Part shown: in pieces, positions 1 to 11,989 of the stretch
Layout: the number at the start of each line of letters is the position of its first letter
Position numbering within the stretch: the stretch's first letter is position 1
Origin: Malacoraja senta
Lineage: Eukaryota
Direction of reading: 5' to 3'
DNA: 64,000 nt
Assembly (NCBI GenBank): GCA_038087875.1
Contig: JAXLNO010000073.1
Coordinates: 124,001 to 188,000, forward strand
Translations under genes and position numbers: made by a program
The notes under the pieces: model-generated
Seen by the model: the letters and a program-made list of their open reading frames with translations, nothing else
What the model was told of the DNA's origin: nothing
The model's database searches: none

Positions 1-365
1 TGGGCGGCTTACTCCCCAGCGGTGTGAACATTGACTTCTCTAACTTCAAGTAACCCCGGCATTCCCCCTCTCTCCACCCAAGTCGCACCAGTTTCAAAGT
101 CGTCTTGTTGAGACTCATTGTCTGTAACTCGTTTTCACCCAACAAACAGATAACAATGGCCTGTTTCCTTTCTCACTGTTACTTTTTTGCATGTCTTTCA
201 TTCATTTATTCTCTCTCTACGTCACCATCTTGTTCTATATCTCTCGCTTCCCTCTCCACTGACTATCAGTCTGAAGAAAGGTCACGACCCGAAACGTCAC
301 CAGTTCCTTTTCTCCAGAGAGGCTGCCTGTGCCACTGAGTTACTCCAGCTTTTACTGTCTTTAAC
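1..365 (+). mobile_element. Penelope-like element remnant (end of GIY-YIG ORF plus pseudo-LTR)
   Basis: Start reads G-G-L-L-P-S-G-V-N-I-D-F-S-N-F-K-stop, resembling the C-terminus of vertebrate Penelope ORFs. It is followed by the ctgaaga...gacccgaaacgtcacc...ctgagttactccagc repeat that recurs at 16.9 kb and 41 kb. Confidence 0.7.
271..298 (+). ncRNA. Minimal hammerhead ribozyme-like motif (Penelope pLTR type)
   Basis: CTGAAGA core, stem II (ggtc-ac-gacc), GAAA, short palindromic stem III (ACGT) and TC cleavage site. Confidence 0.6.
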
Positions 366-413
366 AGAGACTGTGTTTGATGTGACGTGGTTAACGTATG
401 CTCACATTCGCTA

Positions 414-895
414 GGTATAGGAGTAGAATTAGGCCATTCGGCCCATCGAGTCTACTCATCCATTCAATCGTGGCTGATCTCTACCTCCTAAACTCATTTT
501 CCTGCCTTCTCCCCACAACCCTTGCCACCCATTCTAATCAAGAATTTGTTTATCACTGCCCGAAAAGTATCCACTGACTTGGCCTCCACAGCCCTCTGTG
601 GCAATGAGATCCACAGATTAATAGACAATAGACAATAGTTGCAGGAGAAGACCATTCGGCCCGTTGAGCCAGCACCACCATTCAATGTGATCATGGCTGA
701 TAATCCCCAATTAGTACCCCGTTCCTGCCTTCTCCCCATATCCCCTGACTCCACTATTTTAAGAGCCCTTTCTAGCTCTCTCTTTGAAGCATCCAGAGAA
801 CCTGCCTCCATCGCCCTCTGAGGCAGAGAATTCCATAGACCCACCACTCTCTGTGAGAAAAAGTGTTTCCTCATCTCCGTTCTAAATGGCTTACA
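414..895 (-). mobile_element. Two stacked CR1 LINE 3' end fragments
   Basis: Minus-strand peptides FFSQRVVGLWNSLPQRAMEA and NLWISLPQRAVEAKS. Carries the CR1 3' UTR ggccgaatgg motif and a (CTATTGT)n tail at ~620-640. Confidence 0.85.
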
Positions 896-1720
896 CAGAA
901 ACATAGAAACATAGAAAGTAGGTGCAGGAGTAGGCCATTCGGCCCTTCCAGCCTGCACCGCCATTCAATATGATCATGGCTGATCATCCAACTCAGTATC
1001 CTGTACCTTCTTTCTCTCCATACCCCCTGATCCCTTTAGCAACAAGGGCCACATCTAACTCCCTCTTAAATATAGCCAATGAACTGGCCTCAACTACATT
1101 ATGTGGCAGAGAATTCCAGAGATTCACCACTCTCTGTGTAAAAAATGTTTTTCTCATCTCAGTCCTGAAAGATTTCCCCTTTATCCTTAAACTATGACCC
1201 CTTGTTCTAGACTTCCCCAACATCGGGACCAATCTTCCTGCATCTAGCCTGTCCAACCCCTTAAGAATTTTGTAAGTTTCTATAAGATCCCCCCTCAATC
1301 TTCTAAATTCTAACGAGTACAAGCAGAGTCTATCCAGTCTTTCTTCATATGAAAGTCCTGACATCCCAGGAATCAGTCTGGTGAACCTTCTTTGTACTCC
1401 CTCTATGGCAAGAATGTCCTTCCTCAGATTAGGAAACCAAAACTGTACGTAAATATTCCACGTGTGGTCTCACCAAGACCCTGTGCAACTGCAGTAGAAC
1501 CTCCCTGCTCCTATACTCAAATCCTTTTGCTTTGAATGCTAACATACCATTCGCTTTCTTCACTGCCTGTTGCACCCAGGTCTCGTTGCATCTCCCCTTT
1601 TCCCAATTGGACACCATTCAGGTAATAGTCTACTTTCCTGTTTTTGCCACCAAAGTGGATAACCTCACATTTATCCACATTATACTGCATCTGCCATGCA
1701 TTTGCCCACTCACCCACTCA
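896..1720 (-). mobile_element. CR1 LINE 3' fragment (RT C-terminal region)
   Basis: ORFs 993-1364 (LSYEERLDRLCLYSLEFRRLRGDLIETYKI) and 1517-1717 (WQMQYNVDKCEVIHFG), with a (CTATGTTT)n tail at ~896-917. Confidence 0.92.
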
Positions 1721-2497
1721 ACGTAACCTGTTTGTTGGAGGATAAACAACGGGTCGGTATATCCAGAGTAATAATACGCCTCGGTAATCCGAAAGTACAA
1801 TTCATTGACCGTGTACGTGAGCCATAGCAATATGACGGATATACGGAAGACAGAATGATGGACTTCCTCCGGTTTTCCATTTCAGGGTCGGGGGAATTTT
1901 CCGCTCGAGCATTATCTCGCAACGCCTTGCGGAATCTGCTGGCCACGACGATGAACCTTACGGTCAGCGCATTTAGCATCAAAATAATAAACACGGGCAG
2001 GAACGTCGAGATGATGCAGTCGAGGTCTGTAAAAGCTTGCCACAAGGGTGAGTTGTGAAAATCTGACCTTCCACGGCAGTACCAGGGCAGGTTGTTGCTG
2101 AAATAAAGAGGCTCGTAGAAAAAAATACCAGGGGATATTTTTCAAACAGCCCAACATTACCCACTGTGCCCACAATATAAGCTGAAATTCTCTTGGTGCA
2201 GTATTTTGTTTTCAGGTTCTGACAGCAGATGGCGACAAAACGATCGAAGGTGAAAAAATTCTGAGAAGATTTTGCAATTTCCTTAATCCAATATTCACTT
2301 GATGAGAAAAAAAATCCATAGCATTTCACAGAATATATGCAATAAACTGTCCAGACACTCGTATTATTTAACAAGATAAAGATCAAGATCGCATATTACA
2401 TCAGGTTTATACAACATGGTATATCACCTGGGATTCCAAGAGCGGCCAAGATCGGATAATATATTGCTTACACTCGGCCACTAGGGGGCTCATGCAT
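1721..2497 (-). pseudogene. GPR139/GPR142-like class A GPCR pseudogene (copy 1)
   Basis: Exon 1 (2497-2428) reads MHEPPSGRV*AIYYPILAALGIP and ends at a GT donor. The exon 2 remnant reads FTFDRFVAICC..KYCT, then FIILMLNALTVRFIVVASRFRKALR...DPEMENRRKSIILS across frameshifts. The end of TM1 through most of TM3 is missing, and the 3' end is cut by CR1 at ~1720. Confidence 0.85.
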
Positions 2498-2964
2498 CTT
2501 AAACTGTATTACAGTTCTTCTTCCTGGATGTATGATCTGGCAAGCAATTTATATATCTATCATAAAATCCCCAGTGATAACAATGGATTGAATAATTAGT
2601 GTCGTCAGTTCTACCCGTTTGCACATTCAAATTGGGAGAGCTAATATTATCACAACTGCGAGTTGTTCAGTTTGTTGGCACATGATAAATGCCCAATAAA
2701 ACGTTGTTATTTCAAGAGGCAATCAACCCGAAAATGGAAGATGGAAGATGGCGCCATGCCGCGCCAAATGTCAGTCTAAGCCTGGATCCGAACTCAGGAC
2801 GAACGTGATGCCGCAGCTGACCGGGTGGCGGGAGGAGGCTGTGAAAATTCGATGATCCGCTGAGCGTTCAATTCCCTTTTGCATAGAATCACGAAATTCG
2901 TGGTGGACAGGAAGAGGCAAGTCAAGTCTGTACCGATTCTAAATATGACCAACACAGCGAGTTA

Positions 2965-3370
2965 TATAGTCATAGAGACATACGGCGTGGGGAAAAAGCC
3001 CTTCGGTCCAACTTGCCCACACCGACCAACATGTCCCATCAACACTAGTCCAATCTGCCTGTGTTTGGCCCATCTCCATCCAAACCTCTCCCGTCCATGG
3101 ACCTGACCAATTGTTTAACGAACGTTACCATGGTCCGTGTCTCAACTACCTCCTCTCCCAGCACGTTCCATACACCCACCACAATCTGTGTGGAAAGGTT
3201 ATTCCTCATATTTCTAAATCGTTCGCCCTTCACCTTAAAAATGTGTCCTGTGGTTCTCGATTCCCGCACTTTGGGCAAGAGATTATATCCGTCTACCGGA
3301 TCTATTCCTCTCATGACATTGTACATCTCTATAAGATCACCCCTCATCCTCCTGCATCCCAAAGAATAGC
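2965..3370 (-). mobile_element. CR1 LINE 3' fragment
   Basis: ORF 3045-3401 contains RRMRGDLIEMY..ESRTTGH..VVGVWN, followed by a CR1 3' UTR. Confidence 0.8.
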
Positions 3371-3429
3371 GCTCTGCTTCTTTGCCTCGCATCACACACA
3401 TTAAATAATTTCTTCCAAATATCTATCAT

Positions 3430-3810
3430 GCTTCATAGAACATGAAATAGTACAGCGCAAGAACAGGCCATTTGGCCCACAATGTCTCTGGCGAACATAA
3501 TACCAATTGTAACTATTCCACTCTACCAGCACGTGATCCACATCCGACTGGTCCCTGCGTATGGATGCGTTTATCTTAAAACCCCTATAATGATGCTTAA
3601 CGATGCATCTGCTTTCACCACTACCCCTGGCAGTCCGTTCCAGGCACACATTCCTCCCTGTATAACAAACCTTCCCCTCACACATCATTTAAACTTTCCC
3701 CTTCTGACATTAAAGCAAAATGTCTTTGATATTTGCACCTTAGGGGGAAATCCGTTCTAACAAGCCACCTTATCTATGCTTCTCATGATGTCCTATACTT
3801 GTATCAGGTT
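3430..3810 (-). mobile_element. Old degraded CR1 3' fragment
   Basis: Has the CR1-type 3' UTR (gggccaaatggcctgtt) and degenerate RT C-terminal sequence. Confidence 0.6.
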
Positions 3811-4009
3811 CATAGTACAATCTACAATTTCGATATTTTATGCACATTTTATAGATTAGAGGGATAATGGTGGGGAAAACGGCACTGAAGCTGCCGTGCA
3901 ATGACCAGCAAATTGATACGAGAGTTCGATTGCGTGTTAATAATTTACTTCAACGTTGTTTGTTAAAATTGAATTGTTTTTGCCAGCGAGCCTCGGCCAT
4001 ATCCCGACA

Positions 4010-4445
4010 GGTCATAAGGTCAGAAGTGATAGGAGAAAAATCAGGCCAATCGGCTCATCAAGTCGACTCCGTTATTTAATCATGATTGATCTATCTCTCC
4101 CTCCTAGCCCAATTCTCCAATTTCTCCACATAATCCTTGACACTCATACTAGAATCCATCTATCTCTGCCTTAAAAATATCCATTGACTTGTCCTCCACA
4201 GCCTTATGTGGCAAAGAATTCAACTGATTCAGCACACTCTGACTAAATAAATTCCTCCGCATCTCCTTCCTAAAAGGACGTCCTTCAATTCTGAGGCTGT
4301 GACCTCTAGTCTTAGACTCTCCCACTGGTGGAAACATCCTCTCCACATCCAATCTATCCAAGTCTATAACTATTTTGTACGTTTCAATGAGGTCCGCCCT
4401 CATTCGTCCAAACTCCAGCGAGTATAGGCCCAGTGCCGTCAAACA
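4010..4445 (-). mobile_element. CR1 LINE 3' fragment
   Basis: Encodes LGLYSLEFGRMRADLIETYKI..GESKTRGHSLRI..NSLPHKAVE. Confidence 0.85.
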
Positions 4446-5350
4446 ACAGACTTGGCTCGCCCGCTGCGGAAGAAGGGAGCCGTCTGGAGATGTCCGAGGC
4501 TCGTCTGCTACTCGACCCCGAAGACCGGGAACAGATGAGGAGGGTCGAGGGAGTCGGCGACGGCGGCGGACGGTGAGCAAAGGGCCGATGACCACCAGGG
4601 GCGACGGGGAGATGCCCAGCCCTGCCGGCAGTCTGTTCGTTTTTTTCATCTTTTTGTTATTTTAGTGGGTATTTTTAATTTGATTTAATGTACTTCAATT
4701 TGTTTTATGTGGGGGAGTGGGGGGGGGGGTCGGGGTAAACCTTTTTTCAGGTTCTTACCTTCCCGGAGATGTGATCATTTTTCGCATCACATTCCCCGGA
4801 CTCTGCGGCCTACCGTCGATGGAGCTGGTAGCCGCCACGGACGGTCATGAGCCCCACCGCGGGGCGCGGACTTAACATCGGAGCTGATCCCTTGCCTGGT
4901 ATCGCTCCCACCGCGGCCAGCGGACTTACCAACAAGGGCTCGCAGTCTCGGGTGAGGCTAGTGGGGAGCTCCAACGTTGCAGAAGTTTCAACCACCCCCG
5001 ACGCGAGGTTTGATCGCCCGGAGCGGGGAGCTGACAACCCCCCGATGCGGGAGCTGAACGACTCGACGCGGAGGGCCCGAACGCCACCGGCCACGGGAGT
5101 CAAGATCATCCCGTCAACGGGGGCTCGTGGCCCTCGACCAAAGAAGAACACAAGGGAAGGTCTTGAACTTTATTTCGCCTTCCATCACAGTGAGGAATGT
5201 GTAGGAGTCACGGTGGTGGATGTTCATGTTAAAATGTGTTTTTGAGTCTGTTGCTTTTTAATTGTATGACTGACCTGGCCAGTGAAATTCCTCGTATGTT
5301 GCAAAACATACTTGGCGATTCTGATTCTGATTTTGATTCTGATTCTGATT
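4446..5350 (+). mobile_element. Non-coding GC-rich retroposon, copy A, (ATTCTG)n tail
   Basis: Architecture is GC-rich head, T-tract, G-tract, hairpin at 4765-4795, GC-rich body, gccttccatcacag hairpin at 5181-5220 and hexamer tail at ~5318-5350. The same layout occurs at 6151-7025 and 12106-12960. Confidence 0.7.
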
Positions 5351-5544
5351 TCAAAATGATGCCCGAGGATCGGTGCCTCCAGGACAATCGTACTTTAAAG
5401 CCAAGTTAAGACTGTACTGTTGAGAACTTTGAAACTTTGTTGGCGTCAAACACTTGGCGACACCTTGTGTACTGCCTCGGTGAAACCACAATTATACAAC
5501 AATCGTTGCACTTTTGGACTTATCCATGATAGTGCTTATCTATC

Positions 5545-5610
5545 AGTTTAGTTTCGTTTCGTTTCGTTTAGTTTAGTTTAGTTTAGTTCAGTTTAGTTTA
5601 ATTTAGTTTA
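5545..5610. repeat. (GTTTA/GTTTC)n microsatellite
   Basis: Pentamer repeat seen directly. Its reverse complement resembles the (TAAAC)n SINE/CR1 tail. Confidence 0.85.
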
Positions 5611-5619
5611 AAGATACAG

Positions 5620-8600
5620 CCCAGAAAATCCTCAAGGGCGAAGGTGAACAGCCCGAAGTTGTAGTGCATGTTGGCACAAACGAAATGGGAAAGAAGGCGA
5701 TGAATATTCTGAAGCGTGACTTTTGAGAGCTCGGAAAAGTGCTGAAAAGCAGGACCTCCAGGGTGGTTATCTCCGGTTTGCTTCCAGTTCCTCGTGCTGG
5801 CGAGAGCAGGAACAGGAAGATACAGGAACTGAATGTGTGGCTGGGGAACTGGTGCAGGGGGCAGGGAATTAGATTATTTGACCACTGGGATCTGTGTTGG
5901 AGTAAGGGGGAACTGTCCAAAAGGGACGGATTGCACCTTAACAGGCGGGGGCCGCCTTTCTGGCAGGCAGGTTTGCCACTGCGACACAGGTGATTTTAAA
6001 CTAAATAAGGTGGGGGGTGTGAAATGGAATAGTCATGGACGGAGTTAATGGGAAAGGGAGTAAAGGGATAGTTAATGACCCCAGAATTAACGGGAAAGAA
6101 AGCTCACAAAGGGATAGGAGATTATGGCCAAGTGTAGTAGGGATAGATGTACAATACAATACAATACAATACCATTTATTGTCATTTGAACCTCAAATGA
6201 GGTTCAAACGAAATTCGGTTTCCACAGTCATACAAACAAGTAAAAAGAACCAAGACACAACACAATTTACACAAACATCCATCACAGCGAATCTCCTCCT
6301 CGCTGTGATGGAAGGCAAAGTCATATCTCTCCGCTGCACTCCCCATTCTCCTCCCGATGTCAGAGTCAGAGCCCCCGGCGGGCGATGGAAAATAAGTCCC
6401 GCGGCCATTAAAGTCGCCCCGGGCGATGCAAGGCCGCCCTCCGGGTCTGGATGTTGGAGCCCCCGGTAGCGGTAGCAAGTCCCGCGGCCATTAAAGACGT
6501 GCCGGGCGATGTTAGACCCAGCTCCAGGTCATCTTCAACCCCGGAACTCGGGCGGGAGAAGTTGCCGTTGCGGGAGCCCCGAAAAGCGGTCTCCCACCAG
6601 GGATCCGCGAGCTCCCGATGTCACCGTCCACCGGGCCTGCGGCTGGAGCCTCCGAATCTCCGTGGTCGGGTCACAGCCGCGCGTCACCGCAGCTCTCCAC
6701 GCTCCGAACTCGGCCAGCTCCACGATGGTGAGTAGTCCGCAGGCTCCGCGACTGGATCCCCAGGTCGTCCCGGTTCGAGGCCGCTCCACGGTGCTAGGCC
6801 CCAACGACAACGGAGACCCGACAGAGGAAGGTCGGGTCCTCCATACAGGGAAGAGATTTTTTTAAGTTTCCCCCTCTCCCCCACCGCCCCGCCCCGCCCC
6901 CACATATGCACAGTTAAAAACAATATAAAAAACACAAACAACTACATTTAACTAGACAAAAATTTTTAAAAAGACAGACGGACTGCAGTCAAGCCGCTGC
7001 CGTTAGGCGCCGCCACTTCCGGAACATGTGAATGGTGAGATGCGTAAAGAATTAAAAGTACTGTACTTGAATGCGCGAAGTATAAGAAGTAAAGTAGATG
7101 AGCTTGAGGCTCAGATAGAGAGAGGCTGGTTGATATGACATTGTGGGGATTACTGAGACATGCCTGCAGGAGGATCGGGCCTGGGAACTTAATATTCAGG
7201 GTTATACATCCTATAGAAAGGACAGGCAGGTGGGCAGAGGATGGAGGGTAGCTCTTCTGGTGAGGGATGGAATCCAGTCCCTTGCGAGGGAAGACATAGG
7301 GACTGACGAGGTAGAGTCACTGTGGATTGAGTTGAGGAATTGCAAAGGCAAGAAGACACTAATTGGTATTATCTACAGACCCCCAAATAGTAGCCCAGTT
7401 GGAGGGTGTAAGTTGCAGCAGGAGTTACAACTGGCATGTAACACAGGTAATGCCACTGGTGATGGGAGATTACAATATGCAGGTAGACTAGGAAAATCAG
7501 GTTGGTTCAGGACCCCAAGAAAGAGAGTTTGTAGAGTGCCTCCGAGATGAATTATTAGATCAGCTTGTAATGGAGCCGACCAGGGAAAAGGTAATTCTAG
7601 ATTTAGTGTTGTCCAATGAAACATATTTGATAAGAGAACTCGAGGTAAAGAAACCGCTTGAAGGTAGTGATCATAATATGATTAGCATCAATCTGCAATT
7701 TGAGAAGGAGAAGGTTAAATCGGAAATGACAGTGATGCAGCAGAACAAAGGGGACTATGAAGGCATGAGAGAGGAGCTGGCCAAGGTAGATTGGAAAGGG
7801 ATACTAGCAGGAATGACGATGGAACAGCATTGGCAGGAATTTCTGAGCATAATCCGGAAGACGCAGGATCATTTCATTCCAAAAAGGAAGAAATATTCTG
7901 AGGGGAGTATGAGGCAACCGTGGCTGACAAGAGAAGTTAGGGATAGAATCAAACTAAAACAAAAGATGTATAACACAGCAAAGAGTAGCCGGAAGCCAGA
8001 GGATTGGGAAACATTCATAGGACAACAGAAGGAAACAAAACGGGCGATACGGGCTGAATAGATGAAGAACGAAGGGAAGCTGGACAGGAATATAAAAGAG
8101 GACAGTAAAACCTTCTTTAGATATGTTAAGGGGAAAAGAGTAGCAAAGTCAAATGTGGGTCCCTTGAAGGCAGACACATCTGAAATTATTATGGGCAACA
8201 AGGAAATGGCAGAAGAGTTGAATAGGTACATTGGATCTGTCTTCACTAAGCAAGACACAAACAATCTCCCAGATGTACTGGAGGACAAAGGGGGTCGAGG
8301 AACCGAAAGAATGTTTTATTTGGCGAGAAATAGTATTGGGTAGGCTAATGGGACTGAAGGATGATAAATACCATGGTCTGCATCGCAGGGTCCTCAGGGA
8401 GGTGGATCTAGAAATAGTGGACGCATTGGTGATCATTTTCCAATGTTCAATAGATTCAGGATCAGTTCCTGTGGATTGGAGGAGAGCTAATGTTATCCCA
8501 CTTTTCAAGAAAGGAGCAAGAGAGAAAACGGGTAATTACCGACCAGTTCGCCTGACTTCTGTGGTAGGAAAGATGCTGGAGTCAATTATTGAAGAAGTAA

Positions 8601-9925
8601 TAATGGGCCATTTGGGTAGCAGTAAAAGGATTTGTCCAAGTCAGCATGGATTTATGAAAGGAAGATCATGCTTCTAATTTTCTGGAATTTTTTGAGGATG
8701 TGACAAGTAAAATGGATGATGTGGAGCCAGTGGATGTAGTATATCTAGACTTTCCGAAAGCCTTTGATAAGGTCCCACACGGGAGGCTGGTGACTAAAAT
8801 TGTAGAGCACATGGTATTGGAGGTAGGGAGTTGACGTGATAGAAATTTGTTTGGCAGACTGGAAGCAAAGAGTAGGTCCTTTTCAGAATGGCAGGCAGTG
8901 GCGAGTGGAGTGCCGCAAGGCTCGGTGTTGGGGCCGCAACTGTTTACCATATATATTAATTTGGAAGAGGGAATTAGGAGCAACATTAGCAAGTTTGCGG
9001 ATGACACAAAGCTGGGTGGCAGTGTGAACTGTGAAGAGGATGTTAGGAGGTTGCAGGGTGACCTGGACAGGTTGGTGAGTGGGCAGATGCGTGGCAGATG
9101 CGGTATAATATAGATAAATGTGAGGTTATCCTCTTTGGTGGCAAAAACAAGGGGGCAGATTATAATCTCAATGGGGTTAGGTCAGTTAAGGGGGAGGTGC
9201 AGCGAGACCTGGGTGTCCTTGTACACCGGTCACTGAATGTTGGTGTGCAGGTACAGCAGGCAGTGAAGAATGCTAATGGAATATTCGCCTTCATAACAAG
9301 AGGATTTCAGTACAGGAGTAGAGAGGTTCTTCTGCAGTTGTTTAGGGCTCTGGTAAGACCACATCTGGAGTATTGTCTACAGTTTTGGTCTCCTAATTTG
9401 AGGAAGGACATGCTTGTGATTGAGGCAGTGCAGCGTAGGTTCACGAGATTGATCCCTGGGATGGCGGGACTGTCATATGAGGAAAGATTGAAAAGACTGG
9501 GCTTGTATTCCCTCGAGTTTAGAAGGATGAGGGGGTTCTTATAGAAACATATAGAATTATAAAAGGACTGGACAAGCTAGATGCAGGAAGAATATTGCCA
9601 ATGTTAGGTGAGTCCAGAACCAGGGTCCATAGTCTTAGAATAAAGGGTAGGCCATTTCAGACTGAGGTGAGAAAAAACGTTTTCACCCAGAGAGTTGTGA
9701 ATTTGTGGAATTCCCTGCGACAGAGGGCAGTGGAGGCCAAGTCACTGGATGGATTTAAGAGAGAGTTAGATAGAGCTCTAGGGGCTGGTGGAATCAAGGG
9801 ATATGGGGAGAGGGCAGGCACGGGTTATTGATTGGGGACGATCAGCCATGATCGCAATGAATGGCGGTGCTGGCTCGAAGGGCCGAATGGCTTCCTCCTA
9901 GACCTATTTTATATGTTTCCATGCT
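5620..9925 (+). mobile_element. Long CR1 LINE (ORF1 SGNH-esterase 3' half plus disrupted ORF2 APE-RT)
   Basis: ORF1 reads VVVHVGTNE...VVISGLLP...DGLHLN. ORF2 reads [61 protein letters not shown]. It has many stops and frameshifts and is interrupted by the 6151-7025 insertion. Confidence 0.95.
6151..7025 (-). mobile_element. Non-coding GC-rich retroposon, copy B, (ATTGT)n tail
   Basis: Inserted in CR1 with ATGT repeated at 6147-6150 and 7026-7029. It starts ggaagtggcggcgcc on the minus strand and has hairpins at 6812-6842 and 6278-6312. Confidence 0.75.
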
Positions 9926-10068
9926 TCTATAGAATTCCACAAATTCACAACTCTCTGGGTGAAAAAGTGTTTTCTCACCTCTGCCTAAGATGGCCACCCC
10001 TTTATTCTAAGACTGTGGCCCCTGGTTCTGGACTCGCCCAACATTGGGAACATTTTTCCTGCAACTAG

Positions 10069-10560
10069 CCACCACACCGTCCTTGACAGTTATGGGTCGG
10101 AATCCAGTGGCATGGAATCCAAGACGACCAGAGACCTTTTTCTGCTGCAGCCTTCATCCGCCTTCCCAGGCGTTGTGACGCTCCACTAAAGTCAGCCATC
10201 ATCCTCCACCTGTTCCACCGTTGAGGTCTTTGTTGGATTGCTCTTTGTCAGAGACCTCCCCTTCGACCTTACCGCCATGGTTGGCACTACCACGTGCATA
10301 GCTCCAGACGGTATCCAGGCCCGTACGAATCTTTTCATAAAGGGGGGTGGCATGACAGGATTTGCGCAGTTTGTGGAACCAGTGTTGGTATATAGGGTAA
10401 GGCCAACGAATGTCCTTGCATTAGTAGAGGTAGTGGTAAATGGCAATACACATTCAGGAGCACCTGTTCCGTTGTTTTGCACAATCCGCAGGCATTGCCC
10501 CTTTCATTTTACTGCACATCTTGTATGTGTATGTGACAAATAGAATTGACTTACGTAGAA
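10069..10560 (+). mobile_element. Retroposon fragment(s) ending in a LINE-type 3' end
   Basis: Ends ...cactgcac-like/tgtatgtgtatgtgacaaatag followed by ACTTG repeats, similar in style to the Rex1-type 3' ends elsewhere in the window. Confidence 0.45.
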
Positions 10561-11908
10561 TTGACTTACCTTGACTTGACGACTTGACTTGACGACTTGA
10601 CTTGACGACTTGACTTGATGGCTTGAATTGACTAGACGACTTGACTTGACTTGACGACTTGACGACTTGACTTGACGACTTGACGACTTGGCTTGACTTG
10701 ATGACTTGACTTGACAACTTGACGACTTGGCTTGACTTGACTTGCCTTGACTTGACGACTTGACTTGACGACTTGACTTGACTTGACTTGACTTGACTTG
10801 ACTTGACGACTTGACTTGACTTGACTTGACTTGACGACTTGACTTGACTTGACTTGACGACTTGGCTTGACTTGACTTGCCTTGACTTGACTTGACGACT
10901 TGACTTGACGACTTGACTTGACGACTTGGCTTGACTTGCCTTGACTTGACTTGACGACTTGACTTGACGACTTGGCTTGACTTGACTTGCCTTGCCTTGA
11001 CTTGACGACTTGACGTGACGACTTGACTTGACTTGACGACTTGGCTTGACTTGACGACTTGGCTTGACTTGACTTGACTTGACTTGATGACTTGAATTGA
11101 CGACTTGACTTGACTTGACTTGATGACTTGGCTTGACTTGACTTGACTTGACTTGACGACTTGACTTGACGACTTGACTTGACGACTTGACTTGACGATT
11201 TGACGACTTGACGACTTGACTTGACGACTTGACTTGACTTGACTGACTTGACTTGACGACTTGACGACGACTTGACTTGACTTGACGACTTGACTTGACT
11301 TGATGACTTGACTTGACACTGACGACTTGACTTGACTTGACATGACGACTTGACTTGACTTGATGACTTGACTTGACACTGACGACTTGACTTGACTTGA
11401 CTTGACGACTTGACTTGACTTGACTTGACGACTTGACTTGACTTGACGACTTGATTTGACTTCCCTTGACTTGACGACTTGACTTGACTTGACGACTTGA
11501 CTTGACTTGACGACTTGACTTGACTTGACTTGACGACTTGACTTGACTTGACTTGACGACTTGACTTGACATGACGACTTGATTTGACTTACCTTGACTT
11601 GACGACTTGACTTGACTTGACTTGACTTGACGACTTGACTTGACGACTTGACTTCACTTGACTTGACTTGACGACTTGACTTGACTTGACTTGACTTGAC
11701 GACTTGACTTGACGACTTGACTTGACTTGACGACTTGACTTGACGACTTGACTTGACTTGACTTGACTTGACGACTTGACTTGACTTACCTTGACTTGAC
11801 GACTTGACTTGACTTGACGACTTGACTTGACGACTTGACTTGACTTGACGACTTATCTTGACTTGACTTACCTTGACTTGACTTACCTTGACGACTTGAC
11901 TTGACTTG
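10546..11908. repeat. 1.36-kb (GACTT)n satellite with interspersed GAC units
   Basis: Seen directly as a mosaic of ACTTG pentamers and ACGACTTG octamers, with rare variants GCTTG, CCTTG and ATG. Confidence 0.97.
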
Positions 11909-11989
11909 TTTAGGCAAAATCATGCCAATCACATTTTGCAGTTGGATTTTGCATTTGCATTTTGCTGTCGTTGCTCATGGAAGTCCTGG

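Noticed and set aside
4810..5245. ORFs within the GC-rich retroposons (also 6451-6941 and 12249-12874)
   Set aside because: Long frames are not conserved among the three copies and show no known domains.
10454..11572. 372-aa and 291-aa S/Q/V/K-rich ORFs
   Set aside because: They are translations of the (CAAGT)n satellite, which has almost no stop codons on that strand. Two frames are open at once.
10546..11908. CRISPR-like array
   Set aside because: There are no unique spacers, the units are 3-8 bp, the context is eukaryotic and there are no cas genes.
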